Positions 13,667-21,576 of a stretch of 24,000 bases of DNA are shown here, in pieces. Source of the DNA: an uncultured Actinomycetes bacterium (lineage in GTDB: Bacteria > Actinomycetota > Actinomycetes > Streptosporangiales > Streptosporangiaceae); the NCBI GenBank assembly GCA_963707065.1, contig CAVPPJ010000006.1:5930-29929 (forward strand), given 5' to 3'. The translations under genes were made by a program, and so were the position numbers. The notes under the pieces were generated by a model. That model saw only the letters and a list, made by a program, of their open reading frames with translations. It ran no database searches and had not been told where the DNA came from. Numbering within the stretch: position 1 is the first letter of the stretch; the number at the start of each line of letters is the position of its first letter.

Positions 13667-13818
13667 GTGGCGACCTCCTTTGCCGAGCGGATTCTCTGGG
13701 CCAGCCTTCACTGGGAAATGAGCCGCACAGCGGTTTTCTTACATGACCGAGGTAAAAGTAGTGGCGGGCGGCCCGGCCACGGCCGTGTCGTTGCCGTCAG
13801 CTGGGCGCACGCCTGCCC

Positions 13819-14625
13819 TCAGCCCAGCGGGGAGTGGAAGTACCAGAGCTGGCCTTCCGGATCCCGCGCGCCGTATTCGCGGATTCCGTAAGGCTGGTCG
13901 AGGGGCTCCTCGACGATCTGAGCGCCGGCCTGGACGCTGCGGGCGTAGTGGGCGTCAGCGTCATCGACCGCGATAACGGTCATGCCGGTCACCGCTCCCA
14001 GCGAGCGGGGCGACCGGAACCCGTCGGCCGCCGGATGCAGGCCTATCACCTGGTCACCGGCCCGGACCTCACGGTAGACCGCAGGACCGGCCGGGTCGGC
14101 CTCGTGCGGGCCGGGGGTCAGGCCGAACACGCGCACGATGTAGTCGTGCGCCGCGGCCGTGTCGTCGTACACCAGCATGCCGGTGGTGCTGCGGATGGCG
14201 CCGTCGAGCATGGTCATCTCCTCCAGGGTGGAAAACAGCTGCTCGGCGGACGGGTTGTCCTGCCGGGCGAGTTCGGCGGCCATGCTGGCCAGCCGGGTGC
14301 ACAGCCGCGCGGCGATGGCGGCTCTGTGTTTGGTGTCGCTCAGGTGCCGGCCAACCGCGGTTGCCAGCTGCCACTGCGGGTCCTCAAGCACCGTGGCGAT
14401 CTGCTCGAGCGGAAAGCCGAGGCGGCGAAGCAGGCTGATCCGGTACAGCCGCGCCACATCGCCGGCGTCATAGAGCCGGTGGCCGGCCGGAGTCCGCTGT
14501 GACGGCATCAGCAGGCCGATGTGGTCGTAGTAGTGCAGCGCCCGGACGGTCAGGCCGGCGGCGCTGGCCAGGGCGCCCACCTTCCACGCTTGCTCCGGCG
14601 CGCTGGCGGTCTCGAAAGCACCCAT
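13819..14625 (-). CDS. MerR-family regulator fused to a VOC (glyoxalase/bleomycin-resistance fold) domain
   Basis: N-terminal MerR HTH (WKVGALASAAGLTVRALHYYDHIGLLMPSQRTPAGHRLYD). C-terminal VOC-like segment (AHDYIVRVFGLT...MTVIAVDDADAHYARSVQAGAQIVEEPLDQPYGIREYGARDPEGQLWYF). Confidence 0.85.
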   Translation of the reverse strand: MGAFETASAPEQAWKVGALASAAGLTVRALHYYDHIGLLMPSQRTPAGHRLYDAGDVARLYRISLLRRLGFPLEQIATVLEDPQWQLATAVGRHLSDTKHRAAIAARLCTRLASMAAELARQDNPSAEQLFSTLEEMTMLDGAIRSTTGMLVYDDTAAAHDYIVRVFGLTPGPHEADPAGPAVYREVRAGDQVIGLHPAADGFRSPRSLGAVTGMTVIAVDDADAHYARSVQAGAQIVEEPLDQPYGIREYGARDPEGQLWYFHSPLG

Positions 14626-14677
14626 GAGGTGAACGCTAGGACCTCACGCCACGTCAGGAGCAAGCCCAAACATTGGC

Positions 14678-14699
14678 TAATACCCCCCCGGGGTATAAT
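14678..14699 (+). promoter_or_regulatory. Consensus -10 box overlapped by a dyad, candidate MerR operator and permease promoter
   Basis: TATAAT at 14694-14699 is a perfect -10 hexamer in GC-rich DNA. The dyad TAATACCCC-ccc-GGGGTATAA (14678-14698) matches at 8 of 9 positions per arm. It lies in the divergent intergenic region between the MerR-VOC gene and the permease gene. No clear -35 element is seen. Confidence 0.45.
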
Positions 14700-14786
14700 G
14701 CCTGGTGCTTGCCGAGCGGAGCGAGCGGCTACGGTCCTGGTCATAGCCTTCGCGGCGACGCGACGGCCAGCCGGGAAGGAGATGTC

Positions 14787-15965
14787 GTGAGGCTGCTGGA
14801 TGCGCTGGGTCATGCCCTGGCCGTCAGCGGGTCGATGACCTGGCAGATCCTGTGGGCGCTGATCCTGGGCTTCGCCCTGTCCGCCGTGGTGCAGGCCGTG
14901 ATCCGCCGCGCCACTATCATCCGGCGGCTAGGCGACGACCGGCCCAGGACGCTGGCCCTGGCGACCGGCTTCGGCGCCGCCTCATCGTCGTGCTCGTACG
15001 CCGCGGTCGCGCTGGCCCGGTCCCTGTTCCGCAAGGGAGCAAGCTTCACCGCCGCGATGGCCTTCGAGATCGCCTCCACCAACCTGGTCGTCGAGCTGGG
15101 CGTCATCCTGGCCCTGCTCATCGGCTGGCAGTTCACCCTGGCGGAGTTCGTCGGCGGCCCGATCATGATCATCTTGCTGGCGCTGGCGTTCCGGCTCTTC
15201 CTGCGCCAGCGGCTGCTCGACGCCGCCAGCGCCCAGGCCGCCAAGGGCGTGGCCGGGTCGATGGAAGGGCACGCCGCGATGGACATGACCATCGCGGCCG
15301 ATGGCAGCCTGTGGCAGCGGCTCCGGTCGCGGCAAGGGCTCACCTCGGTGTCGCACATCTTCGTGATGGAGTGGGCGGCCGTCATCCGCGACATCGTGAT
15401 CGGCCTGCTGATCGCCGGGGCGGTGGCCGCCTGGGTACCGGACAGCTTCTGGGGCCACCTGTTCCTGTCCGGGCATCCGCTGGCGTCGAAGCTCTGGGGG
15501 CCGCTGATCGGGCCGGTCGTCAGCCTGCTGAGTTTCGTCTGCTCCATCGGCAACGTCCCGCTGGCCGCGGTGCTGTGGAACGGCGGGATCAGTTTCGGCG
15601 GTGTCATGGCGTTCATCTTCGCCGACCTGATCATCGTGCCGATCCTGGTGATCTACCGGAAGTACTACGGCACGAGAATGATGCTGTTCATCCTGGCCAC
15701 CTTCTACGCCACGATGGCCGCGGCCGGCTACCTCATCGAGCTGATCTTCGGCAGCCTCGGGCTCATCCCGGCTGACCGGAACGCCAAGGTCGTCGAGGCA
15801 TCCGTCCAGTGGGACTACACCACCGTCCTCAACATCATCTTCCTGGTCCTGGCCGCGGCGCTGTGCTACCGCTTCGTTCGCACCGGCGGCATCCCGATGC
15901 TCAAGATGATGGGCGGCCCGCCCGACGAGGCGAGTGACCAGCATGATCACGCCCGGTCCGGCTGA
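14787..15965 (+). CDS. Permease, DUF318/ArsP_1-type (YraQ-like) membrane protein
   Basis: GTG 14787 is preceded by GAAGGAG. The upstream part of the 430-aa ORF (Met at 14673) overlaps the promoter region and looks non-coding. The duplicated signature segments (GFGAASSSCSYAAVALARSL and SFVCSIGNVPLAAVLWNGG) and about 8-10 TM helices fit this family. Confidence 0.8.
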   Translation: MRLLDALGHALAVSGSMTWQILWALILGFALSAVVQAVIRRATIIRRLGDDRPRTLALATGFGAASSSCSYAAVALARSLFRKGASFTAAMAFEIASTNLVVELGVILALLIGWQFTLAEFVGGPIMIILLALAFRLFLRQRLLDAASAQAAKGVAGSMEGHAAMDMTIAADGSLWQRLRSRQGLTSVSHIFVMEWAAVIRDIVIGLLIAGAVAAWVPDSFWGHLFLSGHPLASKLWGPLIGPVVSLLSFVCSIGNVPLAAVLWNGGISFGGVMAFIFADLIIVPILVIYRKYYGTRMMLFILATFYATMAAAGYLIELIFGSLGLIPADRNAKVVEASVQWDYTTVLNIIFLVLAAALCYRFVRTGGIPMLKMMGGPPDEASDQHDHARSG

Positions 15966-16011
15966 TACCCGGTCCCGTTCAGCGGCCCGGCGCGCTATCT
16001 GCCGGGGCGCG

Positions 16012-16494
16012 TCACTTGCCGGCGCGCCGCTCCTTGTACTGCGGCTGGGGATCTTTGGACGGGTCGACGTCGGCGACAAGCACGACCGGATCACCGGCCC
16101 GAGCCAGCTCGTCAAGAATTGCGGGCACCGCCTGGTTCATCCCGAAGACAATCCGGTAGGCGCCGTCGGGGAATCGGTGTCCCATGGCCAGGATCCTCCG
16201 TACTCCGGCCGCCGCGGCCGCGCCGGTCACCAGCGCGAACACCGAGGCGAGCAGCGGGATGGTCGTCAGCATGACCGCGGAGGCAATCACCTTGCCTACC
16301 GCGTTGCGCGGCAGCACGTCACCGTAGCCCACGGTGGTGGCTGTCGTGATCGCCCAGTACAGGCCCGTCAGCAGCGGATAGTGCTGGGTGGCGGCGAACA
16401 GGGCCGCCCCGGCCAGCAGGCAGGCCACGGCGGCGGCAAGCAGGATGGCCACGTGCCGCCGGTGGCGCACGCCGAAGACGCGGGCGAGAAGCAT
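16012..16494 (-). CDS. Two-TM potassium channel protein with a truncated RCK-like tail
   Basis: K+ selectivity filter TTVGYGD is flanked by TM1 (VAILLAAAVACLLAGAALFA) and TM2 (GKVIASAVMLTTIPLLASVFALV). I chose ATG 16494 (MLLARVFG). The ORF-track extension to 16791 overlaps the upstream gene out of frame. Confidence 0.8.
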   Translation of the reverse strand: MLLARVFGVRHRRHVAILLAAAVACLLAGAALFAATQHYPLLTGLYWAITTATTVGYGDVLPRNAVGKVIASAVMLTTIPLLASVFALVTGAAAAAGVRRILAMGHRFPDGAYRIVFGMNQAVPAILDELARAGDPVVLVADVDPSKDPQPQYKERRAGK

Positions 16495-16562
16495 GATCAC
16501 GCCGACATCGTCCCGCAGACGGAAGCGTGCCGGGACCGGATCTGCCGGCAGGGAACTGCCGG

Positions 16563-17234
16563 TCAGGCGGCGAGAGCCTGAATGAGGCTGTAGGTGCCGA
16601 ATCCGGCCAGCGCCAGCGTGCCGGCCAACCGGACCCAGCGCTCGGGGATGGTTCCCAGGACCTTCGGGCCGACGAACACCGCAAGCCCGGACACCGCCCA
16701 CAACGCGACCAGCGCGGCCGTGCCCACGATCAGCGGATCGTGATACCTGGCGGCGAAATTGGCGGTGGTGATCTGGGTCACATCGCCCCATTCACCGACG
16801 AATACCACGGCGAAACTGGTGGCAAAGATCCGGATCAGGCGGGGCGGCACGGCGCCTAGCCTGGCGGCGTCCGGACCGGGCTCGTTATCGTCGCTGGGCC
16901 TGAATCTCAGCATCCACACCGCTCCGCCGAAGAACAGGGCCGCGCTGGTGAACCCCACGACCTGGTGCGGCGCGGCCGTGAGCAGGCTGCCGGCCGTCAC
17001 GGCCAGCACCACATGCACGGCGAACGCGGCCGCGACGCCCAGCCAGACAGGCCCTGGCTGGTAGCGGGTACCGAGCAGCAGCGACGCGAACAGCGACTTG
17101 TCCGGCAGCTCGACCACGAACGTGACGGCGAGCACAGTCGCGAACAGCGTAAGAGCGGGCACCGGGCGGAGGCCTTCCCGGTCCGTATCACCAGCGGGAG
17201 GCACCAGGAGACCCGCCAGATGAGCCGGACTCAT
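16563..17234 (-). CDS. UPF0016/GDT1 (TMEM165) family cation (Mn2+/Ca2+-type) transporter
   Basis: It carries two copies of the family motif E-x-G-D-(K/R)-(T/S), as ELPDKS and EWGDVTQ, each in a 3-TM half. The start is uncertain: ATG 17234 or GTG 17162. The 307-aa ORF extension has a Pro/Arg-rich, non-coding character. Confidence 0.75.
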   Translation of the reverse strand: MSPAHLAGLLVPPAGDTDREGLRPVPALTLFATVLAVTFVVELPDKSLFASLLLGTRYQPGPVWLGVAAAFAVHVVLAVTAGSLLTAAPHQVVGFTSAALFFGGAVWMLRFRPSDDNEPGPDAARLGAVPPRLIRIFATSFAVVFVGEWGDVTQITTANFAARYHDPLIVGTAALVALWAVSGLAVFVGPKVLGTIPERWVRLAGTLALAGFGTYSLIQALAA

Positions 17235-17340
17235 CGGCGAAGGTCTCGTCCACCCTGTCCCGAGGGCCTGACGACCGGGTGCGATCAGCGCACCAGCATG
17301 TCGATCGGTCAGCGAAGGACTACTCCCCTTCGCTGCGAGT

Positions 17341-17550
17341 CTAGGACATGATCCCGCCGGGCGGCTGGGAAATGGCAGGCCCGGGCGGCGGCACGTCAGC
17401 GCCGGAGGCCTCGGCGAGCCGGGCGTGCAGCCGCTGCGTGATCTCCTGCGGGGTGTAGGCGCGGCGCTGCCGTTCGGCCCGGGCAATCACCACCCCGGTG
17501 GCGGCGACGCCCGCGAAGCCAGCCAGTCCCAGTACTTTCCACCAGCGCAC
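17341..17550 (-). CDS. Small hypothetical membrane protein (69 aa)
   Basis: GTG start. Hand-counted position-3 G/C is about 85-90 percent. One N-terminal TM helix (WWKVLGLAGFAGVAATGVVIA) is followed by a basic then Pro-rich tail. A TANNNT hexamer lies 6 nt upstream of the start. Confidence 0.55.
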   Translation of the reverse strand: MRWWKVLGLAGFAGVAATGVVIARAERQRRAYTPQEITQRLHARLAEASGADVPPPGPAISQPPGGIMS

Positions 17551-17555
17551 CTGCC

Positions 17556-17562
17556 TATGCTA
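17556..17562. promoter_or_regulatory. Overlapping face-to-face -10 hexamers for two divergent, apparently leaderless genes
   Basis: TATGCT (17556-17561, + strand) lies 6 nt before GTG 17568. TAGCAT (complement of 17557-17562) lies 6 nt before GTG 17550 on the minus strand. The start codons are only 17 nt apart and neither has a Shine-Dalgarno sequence. Confidence 0.35.
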
Positions 17563-17567
17563 CGACC

Positions 17568-18257
17568 GTGCCTGCGGCGAGCATCACCCTCGATAAGGCC
17601 CTTGACCTGACGCGCACGGGAGACGTGTGGCTCTTCCGCGGCCACACGCCCGCCGACCGGGCCATCCAGCTGGCCACCAACAGCCCGGTCAACCATGTCG
17701 GCATGTCCGTGGTCATCGGCGACCTGCCGCCGCTGATGTGGCATGCGGAACTCGGCAAGTCGCTGCCCGACCTGTGGTCCGGTGACCGCCACCGCGGGGT
17801 CCAGCTTCATGACCTGCGTGAGGCCGTACTCGTCTGGGCCACCAGATACGGGCAGCGGGCCTGGCTGCGCCAGCTGGATCACGCTGTCACGGCCGAGATG
17901 GAAGATGCCGTGCTGCGCGCCATCGCGCGGATGGACGGCACGCCGTTTCCGTCCACTACCCGGCTTGCGTCGCGGTGGCTGACCGGCCGGGTGCCGTCGG
18001 CCGGCCGCGGCACGCGGGACGCCAGCCTGGAGACCGCCTACTGCGCGGAAGTGCTCGCGGCCACTTACCAGGCCATGGGCCTGCTGCCGGGCAGGCGGCG
18101 GGCGAACTGGTATGACGCCGGCCGCTTCTGGAGCGGCGACGACCTGCGCCTGTCCGCCGGGTACGCACTGGGCGGCGAACTGGCCGTCCGCATCACTCCC
18201 AGCCCGCCAGGCCCGTCCAGCCCGCCACGCGCATCAGGAGCACGGGAGCCGGGTTAG
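17568..18257 (+). CDS. YiiX/YaeF (peptidase C92) family permuted papain-like protein
   Basis: The N-terminal TGDVWLFRG...ADRAIQLATNSPVNHVGMSV (His) and later ETAYCAEVLAATYQAMGLL (Cys) match the permuted NlpC/P60-like order of this family, from memory. Confidence 0.6.
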   Translation: MPAASITLDKALDLTRTGDVWLFRGHTPADRAIQLATNSPVNHVGMSVVIGDLPPLMWHAELGKSLPDLWSGDRHRGVQLHDLREAVLVWATRYGQRAWLRQLDHAVTAEMEDAVLRAIARMDGTPFPSTTRLASRWLTGRVPSAGRGTRDASLETAYCAEVLAATYQAMGLLPGRRRANWYDAGRFWSGDDLRLSAGYALGGELAVRITPSPPGPSSPPRASGAREPG

Positions 18258-19048
18258 TTGATGCCGGGCCCGATGGCCGCCTCGAAGCCGCTGAGCACTT
18301 CCTTATCGCCCGAGCAGTCAATCTGGCCGAGCGGCGGCCGGTGCCACAGCCAGCAGTCGAGGTCGGCGGCGCTGCCGCTGATCAAGGCCGGCGCATCGCC
18401 GCCCGGGTCACTGCCGGCGGCGTGGATGTCGGGCTCGTCATAGGCGGTCCCGTCAGGGTCGGTGCCGGTGAACCGTCCCAGCGTCACGAGCCAGGAGTCG
18501 CCGGTATCGGTGGCCTCGATCCGGAGCGTCTTAGCGTCATCGGGGGTGAACCTGCCCCACTCCGGCACGCCGCCGTACATGACCCGCAGCCCCTCATCGA
18601 CTCCGTCGGCGGCCAGCAGCGGGTCGACCGGGGTACGGCGGCCCGCGGCTAGCTCGGCATCGATCCGGTGGATCAGCGCCTCATGCGCCTGGCGGCGGCG
18701 GACGAAGCCAACAGTCTGATCGTCTGACCAGGTCCAGGTCGGCGCATCCGGTGCCGCCGCCGCGAGAATCTGCCCGAGGTCGCGGCTGGCGCGCTGGTAG
18801 AACGCCTGCAAGGCGGCGCGGCCGGGCGGGCGTTCCGGCCGGCGGCTGTCCGCCTGCGGACCAGTCAGGTGGTCGCGGACGACCACTCCCCACCACCACT
18901 GCACCGAGCCAAGATGCCAGAGCAGGTCATCAGCGGTCCAGTCCGGGCAGGACGGCACCGCCGCGTCCGGGTCAGCCTCGCCGATCGCCTCGCCGAAGCG
19001 AGCCGACTCCCGGGCCAGGTGGGCGATGTAGTCCAGGTCCGTGCGCAT
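18254..19048 (-). CDS. Maleylpyruvate isomerase family mycothiol-dependent enzyme (DinB_2/MDMPI_N fold)
   Basis: The N-terminus (YIAHLARESARFGEAI...VPSCPDWTADDLLWHLGSVQWWW) and ...RRQAHEALIHRIDAE match the TIGR03083-type pattern. Length is 264 aa. Confidence 0.8.
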   Translation of the reverse strand: MRTDLDYIAHLARESARFGEAIGEADPDAAVPSCPDWTADDLLWHLGSVQWWWGVVVRDHLTGPQADSRRPERPPGRAALQAFYQRASRDLGQILAAAAPDAPTWTWSDDQTVGFVRRRQAHEALIHRIDAELAAGRRTPVDPLLAADGVDEGLRVMYGGVPEWGRFTPDDAKTLRIEATDTGDSWLVTLGRFTGTDPDGTAYDEPDIHAAGSDPGGDAPALISGSAADLDCWLWHRPPLGQIDCSGDKEVLSGFEAAIGPGIN

Positions 19049-19167
19049 GCAGCGAGGCTACTGCGCCGGGCACGTAGGCGTCATGGCCACGACGTCAGCT
19101 AACGGGTGAAGAACAAGTGAGTGGCGCCGCTGGGGACGGTGACCGTTTCGATGGAGTACGCCCTAGG

Positions 19168-20124
19168 TCAGCTGATGACGCGGACCGGTGATCCGTCCAG
19201 CCAGGCCGCGATGTCAGCGACGATGTCGCGGTAGAAGACCTCGTATCCCTGCGCGGTCACGTAGCCGATGTGCGGCGTGATCACGGTGTTCGGCAGCGAC
19301 CGCAGCGGATGATCGCCGGGCAGCGGCTCGACCGCGAACACGTCCAGCCCGGCGCCCGCGATGACGTTGCCGCGCAGCGCGGAGATCAGCGCGGCCTCGT
19401 CCACGATGGGCCCGCGCGAGGTGTTGACCAGGTAGCCGCCCGGCCCGAGCAGCGCCAGCTCAGCCGCCCCGACCAGGCCGGTCGTGCGGGCAGAGAGCTG
19501 CAGGTGGACCGACACGATGTCGGCCTCGGCGAACAGCTCAGTCTTGGTGACGAGCCGCGCCCCGCACGAGCGGGCGCGGTCATCGGTGAGGTGCTGGCTC
19601 CAGGCGATGACGTCCATGTCGAAGGCGCGGGCGTAGCGCGCCACCCGCTCGCCGATGCGGCCCAGGCCGAGCAGCCCGAGGGTGCTGCCGGCCAGCTCGC
19701 GGCCTACGGTGGCCTGCCAGCCGCCTGCCCGGACGTGGGCATCCTCCTGCGGTATGTGCCGGGTGACCGCCATGATCAGGCCCCAGGCCAGCTCGGGTGC
19801 CCCCGGCCCGGATGCGCCGGTGCCGCAGACCGTCACGCCGCGGCGCCGGGCCGCGGCAAGGTCAAAGGATGCATTGCGCATGCCGGTGGTGATGAGCAGC
19901 TTCAGCGCCGGCAGTTCACCGAGCAGGGCCGCCGGGAACGGCGTTCGCTCGCGCATGGCGACGATCACCTCGTACGGCGCCAGCCGGCGGGCAAGGTCAC
20001 CGCTGCCCGCAAGGTGGTCAGTGAACACCGTGATCTCGGCCCGGCCGGCCAGGGCAGACCAGTCCGCGCTGCTGAGCGCAACCTCCTGGTAGTCGTCGAG
20101 CACGGCAACCCGCGGAAGTGACAT
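19168..20124 (-). CDS. D-isomer-specific 2-hydroxyacid dehydrogenase family protein (NAD-binding)
   Basis: GAAGGAG lies 9 nt upstream of ATG 20124. The NAD-binding motif LGLLGLGRIGERVARYARAFDMDVIAW is present, with catalytic-region residues (...VNTSRGPIVDE..., ...TPHIGY...). Confidence 0.9.
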   Translation of the reverse strand: MSLPRVAVLDDYQEVALSSADWSALAGRAEITVFTDHLAGSGDLARRLAPYEVIVAMRERTPFPAALLGELPALKLLITTGMRNASFDLAAARRRGVTVCGTGASGPGAPELAWGLIMAVTRHIPQEDAHVRAGGWQATVGRELAGSTLGLLGLGRIGERVARYARAFDMDVIAWSQHLTDDRARSCGARLVTKTELFAEADIVSVHLQLSARTTGLVGAAELALLGPGGYLVNTSRGPIVDEAALISALRGNVIAGAGLDVFAVEPLPGDHPLRSLPNTVITPHIGYVTAQGYEVFYRDIVADIAAWLDGSPVRVIS

Positions 20125-20198
20125 GCCAGCAACTCCTTCACTGTCCAGTGCCCCGGCGTCGTCACTCTAGAACGCCCCGGCTCCCGGGCCGGCCGGGC

Positions 20199-20227
20199 TT
20201 GCCCAATGCGTTAGTGGCGGCTAACGT
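20199..20227 (+). promoter_or_regulatory. Candidate promoter and operator of the second arsR operon (leaderless)
   Basis: TTGCCC (20199-20204), a 17-nt spacer, TAACGT (20222-20227, TANNNT), then 6 nt to GTG 20234. No Shine-Dalgarno sequence is present. The perfect inverted repeat CGTTAG-N6-CTAACG (20209-20226) spans the spacer and the -10. Confidence 0.4.
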
Positions 20228-20233
20228 GTTTAG

Positions 20234-20599
20234 GTGCCTGACCTGCTAGCTGCGGTAGCCGAACCGAACCGGCGCCGGCTGCTGCAGTTGCTAGGGCATG
20301 GCGAGCAGACCGTGACCGCGCTGGCCGGTAACTTCACGGTCAGCCGGTCAGCGATCTCGCAGCACCTCGGCGTGCTCACCGAGGCCGGCCTGGTCACCAG
20401 CAGGCGAGACGGCAGGTTCCAGTACTACCGGCTGGAGCCCGCGGGCATGGCGGCGCTGCGCGCAGAGCTCGATTCGTTCTGGACGCATGAACTCGACAGG
20501 CTCGCATCCGATGCGCTCACCATCCGGCCTGCCCCCGAACCGAAGGAGAATCCCGATGCCGTTCGAGAAAACCGTCGTCGTGCCGCTCGGCGCCGATGA
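20234..20599 (+). CDS. ArsR/SmtB-family transcriptional regulator
   Basis: LAAVAEPNRRRLLQLLGHGEQTVTALAGNFTVSRSAISQHLGVLTEAGLVTSRRDGRFQYYRL forms a winged HTH. The basic C-terminal tail overlaps the next gene by 44 nt. Confidence 0.9.
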   Translation: MPDLLAAVAEPNRRRLLQLLGHGEQTVTALAGNFTVSRSAISQHLGVLTEAGLVTSRRDGRFQYYRLEPAGMAALRAELDSFWTHELDRLASDALTIRPAPEPKENPDAVRENRRRAARRR

Positions 20600-21527
20600 G
20601 ACCTTTGCCCTGATCACCGAGCCTGACCGGCTGCGCCGCTGGCAGGCCATCACCGCGCGGGTCGACCTGCGGGCGGGCGGCGGCTACCGCTGGACGATCA
20701 TCCCGGGGCACTCCGCCAGCGGCACCTTCACCGAGGTCGAGGCGGGCAAGCGCGTCGTCTTCAGCTGGGGCTGGGAGGGCCAGACCGAGCTGCCTCCCGG
20801 CGCGTCGACGGTGACCATCACCCTGGAGCCCGCGGCCGGCGGCACGCTGGTCCGGCTGGTGCATGAGGGCCTGACCGACGAGCAGGCCGCCAGCCATGCC
20901 CAGGGCTGGAACCACTACCTGGACCGGCTGGCCGAGGCCGGCGCCAGCGGCGATGCCGGGGCCGACGAATGGGTCACCGCGCCGCAGGAACTCGACGCGA
21001 TCAAGTCCGCCGAGGCAACCCTGGCCATCTGCCAGCAGGTGCTGCGCGGCGTCCAGGAAGGCAGCTACCAGAACGCGACGCCCTGCACCGAATTCACCGT
21101 CGGCCAGGTCGCCGATCACCTGATCGGGTCGATCACCTTCATGGGCGGCGCGGCCGGCGCGCAGTTCCGGCCGGCTGATGCGACCGCCCTGGAGTCCCGG
21201 GTCGCGACCGCGGCCCAGACCGCCCTCGAAGCATGGAGCATCCGGGGCCTTGACGGCACGGTCAAGGTCGGCCCGAGCGAGCTGCCCGCCGCAGCTGCCC
21301 TGGGTATCTTGTCGATCGAGTTCCTGGTGCACGCGTGGGACTTCGCGCGGGCGACCGGCCAGCAGGTGAGTGTGTCCGACGACGTGGCGGGGTATGTCCT
21401 GCAGATCGCGCACGCGAACATCACGCCGGAGATCCGCAGCGGCGGCGGCTTCGCCGGCGCGATCCCGGTCGGCCCGGATGCGGGCCTGCTGGACCGGCTG
21501 ATCGCCTTTACCGGCCGCGCCGCGTAG
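20556..21527 (+). CDS. SRPBCC/AHSA1-like domain fused to a TIGR03086-like (DinB-fold, mycothiol-maleylpyruvate-isomerase N-terminal type) domain
   Basis: ATG 20556 is preceded by GAAGGAGAA. The N-terminal ~145 aa are SRPBCC (TVVVPLGADETFALITEPDRLRRWQ...). The C-terminal ~175 aa (TPCTEFTVGQVADHLIGS...LSIEFLVHAWDFARATGQ...LDRLIAFTGR) fit the TIGR03086 pattern. Confidence 0.85.
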   Translation: MPFEKTVVVPLGADETFALITEPDRLRRWQAITARVDLRAGGGYRWTIIPGHSASGTFTEVEAGKRVVFSWGWEGQTELPPGASTVTITLEPAAGGTLVRLVHEGLTDEQAASHAQGWNHYLDRLAEAGASGDAGADEWVTAPQELDAIKSAEATLAICQQVLRGVQEGSYQNATPCTEFTVGQVADHLIGSITFMGGAAGAQFRPADATALESRVATAAQTALEAWSIRGLDGTVKVGPSELPAAAALGILSIEFLVHAWDFARATGQQVSVSDDVAGYVLQIAHANITPEIRSGGGFAGAIPVGPDAGLLDRLIAFTGRAA

Positions 21528-21576
21528 CCGGCCGCGCCGCATGAGCCCGGCCGCGCCGCATAGCCCGGCCGCCCGG
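21511..21576 (+). repeat. Tandem 17-18-nt repeat (3 full copies plus a partial copy) starting in the last codons of the preceding CDS
   Basis: CCGGCCGCGCCGCGTAG (21511-21527), CCGGCCGCGCCGCATGAG (21528-21545), CCCGGCCGCGCCGCATAG (21546-21563) and CCCGGCCGCCCGG (21564-21576). Confidence 0.9.

Noticed and set aside
13667-13818. ECF-type autoregulated promoter (GGAAC-N16-CGT) upstream of the sigma gene.
   Set aside because: Only a weak AGAAAACC...CCAGT arrangement is present, with no convincing -35 AAC / -10 CGT pair.
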